32,000 nt of DNA from Methanopyrus kandleri AV19 (GCF_000007185.1 NC_003551.1:180001-212000), one strand, 5' to 3'; shown: positions 8,360-20,904, counted from the first letter of the stretch. Numbers and translations: made by a program. Notes: generated by a model not told the origin, from the sequence alone.

Positions 8360-9619
8360 CTAGGCTGGAGGTAGCGCCGACTTCACGTGTTCCACGATTC
8401 TCCGAACGCGGGACTCGTCGTCTCTCGTCTCCGGACGCACGTACACCCTAACGGTGGGTATCTCGGAGAGCGTGCGCTCCTTCAGCGTCGCCACGATGTC
8501 GGAAACCTCGGATAGCGGGACATCACCATTACGCGTCCTCACGATCACCTCGTCGGAAGAGGGATCGTAAGGAACCACCTTCGAGGAATCCAACAGCACT
8601 CCGAAGGATTCTCCCAGGTGTTCCTCGGAGGTCTCCACGGCTACCTTGAAGAGCTCACCATGTCTCGGTTCCACGGCCGCCTGGTACTCGGCCACACACT
8701 TGTACAAGCGCCGGTTCTTCAGGACCTCCACGAATTCACGGCTCTCGGGGTTCTCCTCCAACGCGCGTAGTAGGGCGGAGTCGTCCATGCTTTGAAACGC
8801 GGATAGTGCGTCTTCGCTTCGACTCAGCCGATCCGGGTCGAATATACGGAGGTCCAGGTCGCCGTCCTCGGCGGCAACGTGCATCGCCCAGAGTAACATC
8901 GCGTCGCCGGCACGGCATGTCTTGTGGAAATACACCGCCCTGTACATGTGGTAGCGGGATATCAGCACGGACTCCGCCGCTTCCAACCCCTTCTCATGTA
9001 CGACCACGGGATCACCCAACTCCAGGGTGTGCAGGAGCCTGTCGAGTTCGATGCGGCCGTACTCCACGCTGGCGTGAAGGGAATCACGCATGAGGTAGTC
9101 CAGGCGGTCTACACCGAGGTTCCCGGCGATCACGGAGTGGAGTACGCCAGTCCATCCATCGCCGGGTCCGAACGCCACTTCCAAGGTAACCTCGACGTCC
9201 ATGGCGTCGGCCCTCTCCAGCACGACCTTAGCTACGGCACGACCGATGTCCTCGTGATCGACCCCGAGCTCCTCCTCCAACAGCGGTTCCGGGACATGCG
9301 AAAAGGGCGGATGCCCCACATCATGCAACAGACCGGCCAGCCCTAGCACCTCCTCGATGTAGGATCTCGAGAACTTACCGACGTCCGGCACGTTACGCTT
9401 GAGCTCTTCCCAGTGAATCTCCATCACGCGGTCACACAGGTACTTCACGCCCAAGCTATGTTCGAGCCTCGTGTGGGTGGCGCCAGGGTATACCAGCTCC
9501 GCGAGACCCAACTGCCGGACTCTCCTCAACCGTTGGACTTCGGGTGAGTCCAGTACGCGCTCCTCAGCCCCCTGTAGCTCGACGAATCCGTGGACTGGTA
9601 TCCTGATGATCCGGCCCAT
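8360..9619 (-). CDS. HD-domain phosphohydrolase (dGTPase/SpoT-like HD superfamily)
   Basis: MGRIIRIPVHGFVEL...RLRRVRQLGLAELVYPGATHTRLEHSLGVKYL...LAGLLHDVGHPPFSH; start trimmed from 9736 to ATG 9619. Confidence 0.88.
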   Translation of the reverse strand: MGRIIRIPVHGFVELQGAEERVLDSPEVQRLRRVRQLGLAELVYPGATHTRLEHSLGVKYLCDRVMEIHWEELKRNVPDVGKFSRSYIEEVLGLAGLLHDVGHPPFSHVPEPLLEEELGVDHEDIGRAVAKVVLERADAMDVEVTLEVAFGPGDGWTGVLHSVIAGNLGVDRLDYLMRDSLHASVEYGRIELDRLLHTLELGDPVVVHEKGLEAAESVLISRYHMYRAVYFHKTCRAGDAMLLWAMHVAAEDGDLDLRIFDPDRLSRSEDALSAFQSMDDSALLRALEENPESREFVEVLKNRRLYKCVAEYQAAVEPRHGELFKVAVETSEEHLGESFGVLLDSSKVVPYDPSSDEVIVRTRNGDVPLSEVSDIVATLKERTLSEIPTVRVYVRPETRDDESRVRRIVEHVKSALPPA

Positions 9620-10313
9620 CCTCTTTCCCCCGTAGCTCTCGTTCGACTTTCTCGACGGCCCACTGGTACTCCTCACTCCAAATCGTCCTCTTGACGACTT
9701 CCAGAGCCCTTTTGCAGGCGTCCACGTGGTCCTCATCTAAGTGGATTCGAGTCAACTCCACGAGCGCTTCCAGTAAGGCGGACTCACCCCGGACTAGAGC
9801 TCGGGGACGGGGGTGGAGGAGCCCCCACCCTACAACCTGCAACTCCGCCGTCAGCGGTTTCCCTTCGTGGATCTCCTTAGCTTCCAGCTCAAGGTAAGCC
9901 CTGGTCCCCTCCGCGACCTTGGTCCCGTCCCCGACGGTCTCGATAGCCAACTCCTTCGACAGCGCTTTCAAGAAGCGGATGGGATCAGGTACTATACACG
10001 CGGTGAGCTCTTCGGTTCGAACGAAGTTCTCGTAGGTACGAGAGCCCGGGTACAGGTTCACGACGATGGAATCCCCGCGCACGCGCAGCCCCACAGGTGC
10101 TACGTTTTCACCCGCCGGCCCGTCGGTCACCGCGAGAACTTCATTGACGGCATCCCGGCGCAGTCCGAAGAACTCCAGGGGAGGTTCGATCTCCCCGCTC
10201 AAGATCTTCTCGGCGATCCGCCGTGCCTCCTCCGGAGTACTTACACGGAACAGCTCGGGACAGGAGAGTACCCTGGCGAGGTACACCGTCAGGGTCTCAT
10301 CCCCAGATAGCAA
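9564..10313 (-). CDS. DUF447 family protein (probably FMN-binding-like fold)
   Basis: FFGLRRDAVNEVLAVTDGPAGENVAPVGLRVRGDSIVVNLYPGSRTYENF, a DUF447-like N-terminus; exact start uncertain. Confidence 0.75.
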   Translation of the reverse strand: MLSGDETLTVYLARVLSCPELFRVSTPEEARRIAEKILSGEIEPPLEFFGLRRDAVNEVLAVTDGPAGENVAPVGLRVRGDSIVVNLYPGSRTYENFVRTEELTACIVPDPIRFLKALSKELAIETVGDGTKVAEGTRAYLELEAKEIHEGKPLTAELQVVGWGLLHPRPRALVRGESALLEALVELTRIHLDEDHVDACKRALEVVKRTIWSEEYQWAVEKVERELRGKEDGPDHQDTSPRIRRATGG

Positions 10314-11197
10314 GCGTACCCTACCCCCGCCGCCAACAGATCGGCCGTCGAGCCTGGGTTTATACCATCCTCGTGTAACTCACGGTCGAGCTCATAGAGG
10401 GCTCGGGTTTCGGTCACCGGTCTGTCCCCAGCGATCCGCAGGATTTCCTGTGCAGCCTCGGAAACTCGTAAAGCCACCCTGAATCCGTGCTTCCTCCAAA
10501 TCAGCGTATCCGGCCGCGTGGCGAGCTCTTCTAGGAACGTTCGAACCACCGCCTCGTTGATGTCGTACTCCTCGCGCAGCTCTATCACACGGAGGCCGAT
10601 TCGAAGACTGCGCTCGAGTCCGCGCACCCAATCCTCGGCTACCGCATCACGGTGCGCGGCCGCCTGCAGCGCCTCGTACATCGTTATCCCCTTCTCCAGC
10701 ACGTCCTCCGGACGTGAAACGTCCGGAGCCCTGGATCCCCGGATCCTGCGCATCCCGCCGGCACCGGCCAACCTGATAGCCCGGTACAAGTAGTACGCAT
10801 CCCGCTCCTCGGTCTCCTTCGCCAACTTCAGGGCCTCACGCCGAACGTCGCTGGGATCCAAGGAAGCACGGGCAAGAGCTGAAGCTAGCAGGACGTCGAG
10901 GAGCAGGATACCAAGATTCGTGTTCCCACCGGTGTGAGCCGACATGGAGTGTCGAACCGCCTCGTAGAGGTAGCGCCCGAGCGGGACGCGCTCTCCCCTG
11001 GTCGCCATCTCCGCCACTTCTCGGAGTACCGGCTGTGCGGCGACGGCGCTGGCCAGGAAGTGCTCGAACCTGGTGTCGTCGAAATCCCTGGTTCTGTGGA
11101 CGTTTCCGGGCTTAGGCCAACTTGAGACCTCCAGAAGCGCTCCGAGGGTTAAGCTGACGGCGATACGCTCCGGCTCGTTCACCAAATGACGAACCAC
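10289..11197 (-). CDS. CitG-like triphosphoribosyl-dephospho-CoA synthase family protein
   Basis: SLTLGALLEVSSWPKPGNVHRTRDFDDTRFEHFLASA...HTGGNTNLGILLLDVLLASALA. GTG 11197 preferred; the 366-aa track ORF starts at 11389 inside the PAP2 gene. Confidence 0.8.
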   Translation of the reverse strand: MVRHLVNEPERIAVSLTLGALLEVSSWPKPGNVHRTRDFDDTRFEHFLASAVAAQPVLREVAEMATRGERVPLGRYLYEAVRHSMSAHTGGNTNLGILLLDVLLASALARASLDPSDVRREALKLAKETEERDAYYLYRAIRLAGAGGMRRIRGSRAPDVSRPEDVLEKGITMYEALQAAAHRDAVAEDWVRGLERSLRIGLRVIELREEYDINEAVVRTFLEELATRPDTLIWRKHGFRVALRVSEAAQEILRIAGDRPVTETRALYELDRELHEDGINPGSTADLLAAGVGYACYLGMRP

Positions 11198-11700
11198 CCC
11201 ACTACGTAGCCGAGGAGGAACCCCGCCACCACGTCTGACGGGTAGTGAGCCCGGGAAAGCACTCTGGATATCGCCACGATGATGGCCACTACGACGACCA
11301 CGATCCCCAAATTGGAGGACAGCTTCCAGAACACCGGGATTAGCGAAGCCACTCTGGCGGTATGGGTGCTGGGGAAAGAATACCCCCACGGAGTTCTACC
11401 TTCTCTCTGGGGTCGGGGTCTACCGACGACCACCTTCAAAATCTCGCTGGATACCATGGAAAGGACCAGCGCTTCGAGCACCTGGAAACCCAGCGGACGG
11501 TCGAACAGCATTAGGATCAGAGAAGAGGGGAATAAAACCCAACCACTGAAGATGAAACCGATGAGCTCGAAGACCGGGTGGGGCCGTCTCGGGATCTTCT
11601 CGATCACGCGATGATCGAACCGCACTACGATTTCAGCCACCGCACCACCTCCGGAGCGAAGTACGTGAGTATCAAATCCGCCCCAGCTCTCTTGATGCAC
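11179..11700 (-). CDS. PAP2-family membrane phosphatase
   Basis: Tripartite PAP2 signature KVVVGRPRP ... PSTHTAR ... SRVLSRAHYPSDVVAG; start likely internal to the track ORF (11700 upper bound). Confidence 0.82.
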   Translation of the reverse strand: MHQESWGGFDTHVLRSGGGAVAEIVVRFDHRVIEKIPRRPHPVFELIGFIFSGWVLFPSSLILMLFDRPLGFQVLEALVLSMVSSEILKVVVGRPRPQREGRTPWGYSFPSTHTARVASLIPVFWKLSSNLGIVVVVVAIIVAISRVLSRAHYPSDVVAGFLLGYVVGWFVIW

Positions 11701-12584
11701 GTTAGGGACTCCAGCACAGCGGTCCGGTAATCCACGTACCCCGCCTCGGCCGCCGCCTTGATCATCGCGTATTCACCGCTAACCTGATAGGCCGCGATGG
11801 GGTGGTCGAACCTCCGCCGAGCCTCGCGCACCACGTCCAGGTAGGGCATCGCCGGCTTAATCATTAAGATGTCCGCTCCCTCCTCGGCGTCTAGCTCCAG
11901 CTCGCGGATCGCCTGGCGGAAGCACCGAGGATCCATCTGGTAAGTGCTCCGATCCCCGAACTCCGGTGCCGAGTCCGCTGCGTCCCGGAACGGGCCGTAG
12001 AACGCGCTGTGATACTTGGCCGCATAAGACATGATCAGGACATCGTCGAAACCCTCGCTCTCAAGCGCCTCTCTAATCACCTTCACCCGACCGTCCATCA
12101 TATCGGAGGGGGCGACTATGTCGGCCCCGGCTTCGGCGTGGGAAAGAGCCACCTCCGCCAAGACCTCCAGGGTGGGGTCGTTCAGCACCTTACCCGTATC
12201 CTCGTCGACGAGGCCGCAATGACCGTGGGTAGTGTACTGGCAGAGACAAACGTCCGTGACCACGACAATGTCGTCGCCGTACTCCTCCTTGAGCGCCCGC
12301 ACGGTCCTTTGGACTATACCCTCGGGATCCGCGGCGACTCGACCTTCAGGGTCCTTTTCTCTCGGGATCCCGAAGAGTATGAACGCCCGTAGGCCCAGGT
12401 CCAGGAGTTCTCTAACTGTCTCGACGGCAGTTTCCACGGAGTGGTAGCGTTGACCGGGCATTGAGGGAATTTCGTGGGTCTTCCCGTCCTCACGTACGAA
12501 GATCGGGTAGATTAGATCGTCCGGGCGCACTTCCGTTTCGGCGACGAGATCACGGATCGCCTCGGACTTACGATACCTGCGCAT
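11625..12584 (-). CDS. hemB: Delta-aminolevulinic acid dehydratase (porphobilinogen synthase)
   Basis: MRRYRKSEAIRDLVAETEVRPDDLIYPIFVREG...VVTDVCLCQYTTHGHCGLV...GADIVAPSDMMDGR...MIKPAMPYLDV; start trimmed from 12704. Confidence 0.95.
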   Translation of the reverse strand: MRRYRKSEAIRDLVAETEVRPDDLIYPIFVREDGKTHEIPSMPGQRYHSVETAVETVRELLDLGLRAFILFGIPREKDPEGRVAADPEGIVQRTVRALKEEYGDDIVVVTDVCLCQYTTHGHCGLVDEDTGKVLNDPTLEVLAEVALSHAEAGADIVAPSDMMDGRVKVIREALESEGFDDVLIMSYAAKYHSAFYGPFRDAADSAPEFGDRSTYQMDPRCFRQAIRELELDAEEGADILMIKPAMPYLDVVREARRRFDHPIAAYQVSGEYAMIKAAAEAGYVDYRTAVLESLTCIKRAGADLILTYFAPEVVRWLKS

Positions 12585-13491
12585 GCGGACGGTCGGATAC
12601 AATCCGTCTCTCCCCCACGGGGAGTGCTTCAAGTTGATACGCGGGAGGAAGGAGTCCCGTGAAACGGCGTTCGGTGTGGTAGACGTGTTCAAAGAGGCGT
12701 TCATAAAGTGGTCGGAGGGATGGGCGCGGCTGAAGGAGTTCGACCGGGAAGAAATGCTAAGCGCTTATTCTAGCTTCTTTCGGAGTCGATTTGGGGTGAA
12801 TTTTAAGGAGAGAAACGTTGTGGAACTTTTGAATCTTATTTACAGAATAGCCGTCGAGTATAGGAATATACTCGACGTAGGTGAGAAGACTTTAACTGGC
12901 AAATTACGTACATATTTCATTCCTGTTATAATGGTAATTATGGTAAAACAGTTTTATGGAAGAATTAAAAGAAAAGAAGCAATGAAGTACGTACGGGACG
13001 CATTACAGTTTTACAAGACGGCGTATGAGTTATCAGGTAGGGAAGAAGGATTTGAGGAAATATTGGTTGGATCCTTATTACCTATTGAAGTGCGTAAGGG
13101 AGAGAAATTGCCGAAATTCTTCGAAGAATCGTTTAAAGATAGCACCATTAGGAAATTTTTAGGGTTAGAAAGCGAGTCTGGCTCGGTAAAATTTGGACTT
13201 GGATGTGTATTCATTCCATCATGGCAATTTCGCGAGCTAAGGGCTGAGATAAAATTCGGAAAAGGGTTCGGTAGAGACGGAGGTTATGTAGAGTACGTGG
13301 TGCACAGAGCGGGAACGTTTCGTGAGTGTTTACTCATGGTCCCACAGCTGAGACTCGTACTCGTGGAGAACGCCGATACTCCCGACAAGCGGGTGTTCTT
13401 ACCGTTCGATATGTTGGAGCTCGTACCACCGGATCCGGCGGCGAGGATGAAACTGGAGAGTCTAGCCGTTAAGCTCACTCGCCCGTCTTAG
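12583..13491 (+). CDS. Orphan protein of unknown function, AT-rich gene (start may be GTG 12676 or a later ATG)
   Basis: 302-aa ORF in a distinctly AT-rich stretch; long uninterrupted frame, amino-acid composition normal, no recognised motif. Confidence 0.65.
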   Translation: MRTVGYNPSLPHGECFKLIRGRKESRETAFGVVDVFKEAFIKWSEGWARLKEFDREEMLSAYSSFFRSRFGVNFKERNVVELLNLIYRIAVEYRNILDVGEKTLTGKLRTYFIPVIMVIMVKQFYGRIKRKEAMKYVRDALQFYKTAYELSGREEGFEEILVGSLLPIEVRKGEKLPKFFEESFKDSTIRKFLGLESESGSVKFGLGCVFIPSWQFRELRAEIKFGKGFGRDGGYVEYVVHRAGTFRECLLMVPQLRLVLVENADTPDKRVFLPFDMLELVPPDPAARMKLESLAVKLTRPS

Positions 13492-14676
13492 GGCCCTGCA
13501 CGCCGCTCTACGGTACTCGTCCGGCAGCTCCATGATCGCGGACGTCAGGACGTTGATCAGCCGCTTGGTGTAAGCCTCCGCGAAGTCTTGGAGGACGTTT
13601 TCCGGATCTCCCGTCTTCAACCTCCGCAGTGCGCGCTCGAGCTCCCGATCCTTAATTTCATGCAGCGACTTCGCGACATCGGCCACGAGGCGTCGCTCCT
13701 TCAGCTTTTCAAGCTCTTCTTCCACGGTTGAGAGTTCCTCTTCGATTAGCTTCTCCACCTTGGGAATCTCTTTACGCCGCCTCTCGAGGTTCTCCCGCGC
13801 GATCACTCGGAGATCATCGATAGTGCGTACCTCGACGTCTTCGATGTTCTCCACTCCCTCTTCGACGTCTCTGGGATTAGCGATATCGATTATCAGGATC
13901 GGGGATCGACGATCTCTCTTACGCAAGGCTTCTCTAACGTCGTCGACATGGATCACGGGATGTGGGGCGGCCGTCGCTGAAACCACGACATCCGACCGGG
14001 CGAGATGATCCACGAGCTCGTCGAACCGTACCGCCTCTCCGCCCAGATCCCTCGCGAGCTCGACGGCTCGCTCGTAGGTGCGGTTCGCCACGAGAACTGC
14101 TCTGACGCCCCTATCGACTAGGGACTTAGCCACGGTCTTTCCCATCTCACCGGCGCCGACTACGAGAACGGTCTTATCGTGGAGGGATCCCAGCTCCCGC
14201 TCCGCCAGCTCGACAGCGGCGGATCCTATAGACACCGCACCTTCACTGATCCGAGTCTCCTCCCGGGCCCGTTTGCCCAGGTTGATCGCCCTCCGGAAGA
14301 CTATCTTGAGGGCTTCATCCAACGTACCCAACCGTGCGGCACGGTCGTACGCCTTTTTCACCTGACGTAGGATTTCCTGCTCCCCCACCATCATCGACTC
14401 CAGCCCACAAGCGACACGGAATAGGTGCCTCACAGCTTCCGAACCTCGTTTAACCCAAGCATCGTCGTGTATGAGATCCCCAAGCTCCTCGGCACGATCC
14501 CTAGCCCCCGAGGCGTACACCTCGACGCGGTTGCATGTCTGAAGGAGGACACAGCCGGAGAGTCCGAAGGACTCGACGATGTCCCTCACAGCCTCATCGG
14601 ACTCGAACCTGGCCTTCTCCAGCTCCTCTACTTCCGCCTCCTTGTGGGTGATACCGACGCACACCAGGTCCTCCAT
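13462..14676 (-). CDS. hemA: Glutamyl-tRNA reductase
   Basis: VGITHKEAEVEELE...GCVLLQTCNRVEVYASG...VGEQEILRQVKKAYDRA...VLVVGAGEMGKTVAKSL...VLVANRTYERA. Confidence 0.96.
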   Translation of the reverse strand: MEDLVCVGITHKEAEVEELEKARFESDEAVRDIVESFGLSGCVLLQTCNRVEVYASGARDRAEELGDLIHDDAWVKRGSEAVRHLFRVACGLESMMVGEQEILRQVKKAYDRAARLGTLDEALKIVFRRAINLGKRAREETRISEGAVSIGSAAVELAERELGSLHDKTVLVVGAGEMGKTVAKSLVDRGVRAVLVANRTYERAVELARDLGGEAVRFDELVDHLARSDVVVSATAAPHPVIHVDDVREALRKRDRRSPILIIDIANPRDVEEGVENIEDVEVRTIDDLRVIARENLERRRKEIPKVEKLIEEELSTVEEELEKLKERRLVADVAKSLHEIKDRELERALRRLKTGDPENVLQDFAEAYTKRLINVLTSAIMELPDEYRRAACRALRRASELNG

Positions 14677-14762
14677 CTACCTCCCTCCTCGCGGTTGTCG
14701 GTCAACGTGGTCGCACGATGTTAATTAGCGGCCGGTTCCATCGTGGCAGGGGGGAGAATCCC

Positions 14763-15011
14763 GTGTCGAAGTCCGAAGCCATGGCCCACCTTTCCGTCAT
14801 GGAAGCGACCTATAACGTGAAGATCAAGAACAAGGAGGAGGCTGCCGAGGCGATCGCGGAGAAGGCGATGGAGTTCGGAGTCGAACCCATCCACATCTGC
14901 ACTGCCCTCAACACTTGGCTGGCCCGCATGATGTCGGAGGGAGAAATCGAGGAGGGTGACGAAATAGAGATTCCACGGGAGCTCATCGAAGGTATCGAGG
15001 TGAAGGGCTAA
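14763..15011 (+). CDS. Small conserved-looking hypothetical protein (GTG start at 14763; track start 14718)
   Basis: SKSEAMAHLSVMEATYNVKIKNKEEAAEAIAEKAMEFGVEPIHICTALNTWLARMMSEGEIEEGDEIEIPRELIEGIEVKG; flanked by hemA and nep1. Confidence 0.6.
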   Translation: MSKSEAMAHLSVMEATYNVKIKNKEEAAEAIAEKAMEFGVEPIHICTALNTWLARMMSEGEIEEGDEIEIPRELIEGIEVKG

Positions 15012-15703
15012 CCCAAGATGCCGGCGGCCAGCTCGAAGGCCGTGACGATTCGTGCAGCCACCGTCCACGCGTCCAGGGGTTCGTCGTATATTCGAACGAC
15101 ATCGTCCGCACGATCGTAGAACTCCTCCGAGAAGTCCCCCTTCGGGAAGCCACCCACCACGACTCCTATCCTTTCCACGCCGGCGTCCAGGAGCCCGGCC
15201 ATATAGCCGACGGGTTCGATCAGATCGCCTCGTTCGGAAAGTAACACGTTGACCTCGTTGGCCTCCAGCACGTCCCACACGCTGACATCCAGGACCTCTA
15301 TCAGCGGCTCATCGGAATCCGGAGGCGCCTGACCCTCCTTGAGGACCTGCTCCATGAGCCCAATGAACCGATACTGATCCCTCGGTAGCCTGACGTCTCC
15401 ACGGAACCATATGACGCGGTCATGTCTGGTGTGTACGTACACGTCTAGGGCGTTCTCCCGGGATGCGGGGGAGTCCAGTACGTGAAGCAGCGTCACGTGA
15501 ACTATGTCGGGGCGACCCCGACGGTCACGCTCCGGGAGCCGTTTATCGCGCATGGCTACGTGATGCTTGCTCGCTATGAGGAGACATTCTCCCGGCTTTT
15601 TCCCACGTCGTTTCGCCCACCTCACCACGTGTTGATGGCCCCTGAGCTTGGGCGGGATGAACTCCAGCTCCGACTCCGCTAGCACGAAACAAAGACGCGG
15701 CAT
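15008..15703 (-). CDS. nep1: rRNA small subunit pseudouridine N1-methyltransferase Nep1/Emg1 family (SPOUT)
   Basis: MPRLCFVLAESELEFIP...RRGRPDIVHVTLLHVLDSPASRE...VYVHTRHDRVIWF...RLPRDQYRFIGLMEQVL...VVVGGFPKGDF. Confidence 0.93.
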   Translation of the reverse strand: MPRLCFVLAESELEFIPPKLRGHQHVVRWAKRRGKKPGECLLIASKHHVAMRDKRLPERDRRGRPDIVHVTLLHVLDSPASRENALDVYVHTRHDRVIWFRGDVRLPRDQYRFIGLMEQVLKEGQAPPDSDEPLIEVLDVSVWDVLEANEVNVLLSERGDLIEPVGYMAGLLDAGVERIGVVVGGFPKGDFSEEFYDRADDVVRIYDEPLDAWTVAARIVTAFELAAGILG

Positions 15704-15718
15704 GCGGGGGCTACCCCC

Positions 15719-16413
15719 GTGACGTCCCTCGTCATCACGGATATCGACGGCACGATCACGGGAGATGATAGAGCCGTCCACCTAAAGTGCATCCGGTACC
15801 TGCGGGAACTACAGAAACGCGGGATACCGGTTGGGATCGCCACCGGTAACACCCTCTGTTACTCCAGATCGGCGGCGACCCTCCTCGGCTTCGAGGGTCC
15901 ATTGATTGCGGAGAACGGAGGGATAGTCGCCGTGGACGACGAGGAGATCAGCACGGTGCCCGAAGAGGACATCGAGTTAATTCAGGAGGCGTACCGAGAG
16001 CTCCGTCGGCGACTCGGTGTGAGGCGTACCGAACCACCAGGGCTCCGCCGGACCGAGGTCGCTATCTATCGGGATGTACCCATCGAGGAAGTCGAACGCG
16101 TGTTGGATGGGCTCGGATACTCCGGCCGTATCGAGGTAGTGGACACGGGCTTCGCGTATCATTTGAAGTCCAAACGGGTGGACAAAGGGAAGGGGCTCTT
16201 AGTCATCTGTGAGCGACTCGGTATCGACCCGGACGACGTGGTGGCCATAGGAGACGGGGACAACGATGCTCCACTGTTGAAAGCGGCGGGGCTGGGCGTG
16301 GCACCCGCGAACGCCACTGAGAACGTCAAACGGATCGCGGACGTAGTACTCGACGCCGAGAACGGTGAGGGAGTCGCCACCTTCCTTCGGAAGCTCCTCG
16401 AGGAGGTGGACGC

Positions 16414-16417
<4 letters not shown>
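15719..16417 (+). CDS. Archaeal-type phosphoglycolate phosphatase (HAD superfamily)
   Basis: VITDIDGTITGDDRAVHLKCIRYLRELQKRGIPVGIATGNT...DPDDVVAIGDGDNDAPLLKAAGLGVA. Confidence 0.92.
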
Positions 16418-19171
<2,754 letters not shown>

Positions 19172-19347
19172 TTACGCCATCATTCGAACGATAAGACCCG
19201 AACGGTGCGCCGTAAAAAAGGACTCCTCCGCGACCGCGGGTACAGTCAGGCTAGAATCGCAACAATGATCGTCGTACTGGGTTTGGCGCGGCCAGTACGT
19301 TTGTGAGAATAACTCTCGAACGCCCGGTTCTCGGAGGTGAGAGGCCT

Positions 19348-20073
19348 TTGTACTCCATGCGAGTGGTGATCGAGGAAACCGACGTGACCATACGGGCGGA
19401 CTCGAAGGAGTCCGTATCATCGGCGGCAAAGGCCGTGAAATTGCATCGTTCCGAACTCGACCGGTACGTCGCCAAGGATCCTGCTTTCGTGACGGCCAAA
19501 GTACCGGTGAGAACGCTTGAGGGCGCCCCCGAGGTCGCGAAGCTGATGTCAAGAGCTGCGGAACCGTTCGGAGTGGGTCCGATGGCGGCGGTAGCGGGAG
19601 CCATCGCGGAGTTAGCGGCCCGAGCCTCGGAGCCGACGGTGATCGTAGACAACGGGGGCGATGTACAGGTCAGGGCCAGGAGATCCGTAGTCGTCGGCCT
19701 GTACGTCTCGGACGACCATCCTCTCTCCGGTAGAATTGGGTTCGAGATCGAAGGAGTGCTCGGAGTCTGCACCAGCTCCGGCAAGTTCGGCCACTCTTAC
19801 AGCGCCGGGAAGGCAGACGCCGTCACGGTATTCGCGGAGCGAGCTTCGCTCGCGGATGCTGCCGCCACGGCCATCTGCAACCTTACTTCCGGTGACGACC
19901 CGGAGGCCGCGGTACAGCGCGCCCTCGAGTTCGCCGACGACTTCACCGGGGACTTGATCGAAGCCGCCGTCGTTATTCGAGGGGACTTCGTCGGGATTTC
20001 CGGCCGTCCACCCAAGATCGTGTCGCTGAGAGGTGGCCGGATTAAACCAGCACGCCTCGAACCGACTATCTAG
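19348..20073 (+). CDS. UPF0280 family protein (ApbE-like)
   Basis: MRVVIEETDVTIRADS...EPFGVGPMAAVAGAIAELAARA...VIVDNGGDVQV...SSGKFGHSYSAGKADAVTVFA. TTG 19348 has GGAGGTGA 7 nt upstream; track start is GTG 19303. Confidence 0.83.
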   Translation: MYSMRVVIEETDVTIRADSKESVSSAAKAVKLHRSELDRYVAKDPAFVTAKVPVRTLEGAPEVAKLMSRAAEPFGVGPMAAVAGAIAELAARASEPTVIVDNGGDVQVRARRSVVVGLYVSDDHPLSGRIGFEIEGVLGVCTSSGKFGHSYSAGKADAVTVFAERASLADAAATAICNLTSGDDPEAAVQRALEFADDFTGDLIEAAVVIRGDFVGISGRPPKIVSLRGGRIKPARLEPTI

Positions 20074-20075
20074 CG

Positions 20076-20735
20076 CTACTTCGTGCGGAAGAACCGGGCG
20101 AACTCTGGATACCCGGCTTTCCTTACCCTCTCCTGCAAAGCCTCCAGGAACTCTACGAGACCTTCTCCCGTCTTGGCCGAGATCGGGAACAAGGTGTCGA
20201 GCCACTGGCGCCACGGGGGGAAGAGGCCTAACGCCTCGGCGACGGCGTCCATGTGTTCCTCGAACTCGATCGGTTTGATCTTGTCGATCTTGTTCGCCGC
20301 AACTATGGGGTCCAATCCTACCTCGTTCAGGAACTGGAACATCTCACGGTCGATGGGTATTTCGCCCCTCCGCTCCCAGCGTTCCGCTATCTCCGGAAGA
20401 GCCTTGGCGTCCACCACGTGGATCGCGAACAGGATATTATCCTTTTCTTCCAGGTAGCGAACGATGAGATCCTTAACGCGCTCTTGATACCTCCTGGGAA
20501 CCCCGCTCATGAACCCGAATCCGGGCATGTCGACTAGAACGAGCTCGCCGTCTAGCTCGTGAAAGACGGGTTTACGGGTGACGCCGGGACGCTTACCTAC
20601 TCGGACGTCGGCGGCCCCTCTGGTTATCGCCCTGATTAAGCTGGACTTACCCACGTTCGAGCGACCTACGAGCACGATTTCGGGCAGATCCCGCTCTTCG
20701 AGCGGGTCCTCCGGCACGTAACTGTGAACCGCCAA
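20076..20735 (-). CDS. engB: EngB/YihA-family ribosome-biogenesis GTPase
   Basis: G1 GRSNVGKSSLI, G2/G3 PGVTRKP..DMPGFGFM, NKID motif, SAKTGEG. Confidence 0.92.
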   Translation of the reverse strand: MAVHSYVPEDPLEERDLPEIVLVGRSNVGKSSLIRAITRGAADVRVGKRPGVTRKPVFHELDGELVLVDMPGFGFMSGVPRRYQERVKDLIVRYLEEKDNILFAIHVVDAKALPEIAERWERRGEIPIDREMFQFLNEVGLDPIVAANKIDKIKPIEFEEHMDAVAEALGLFPPWRQWLDTLFPISAKTGEGLVEFLEALQERVRKAGYPEFARFFRTK

Positions 20736-20742
20736 GACGCCC

Positions 20743-20904
20743 TTACACCGCCGCCATCGTGTGGGCGATTATCAGCAGCACGGCCACCGCGAAGCACGCG
20801 TAGAGTATGTAATCAGGGTCTATCTTGATCCCGGGCGCTTCCTCGTCCCAGAAGCTTAGGATACCCGCACGTGCCGGTGGCATCTCGGCCCTCTTCTTCT
20901 CCAT
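20743..20904 (-). CDS. Sec61-beta/SecG-like preprotein translocase small subunit
   Basis: MEKKRAEMPPARAGILSFWDEEAPGIKIDPDYILYACFAVAVLLIIAHTMAAV, Sec61-beta-like size with one C-terminal TM; alternative start GTG 20925. The upstream part of the 192-aa ORF is non-coding-looking. Confidence 0.85.
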   Translation of the reverse strand: MEKKRAEMPPARAGILSFWDEEAPGIKIDPDYILYACFAVAVLLIIAHTMAAV

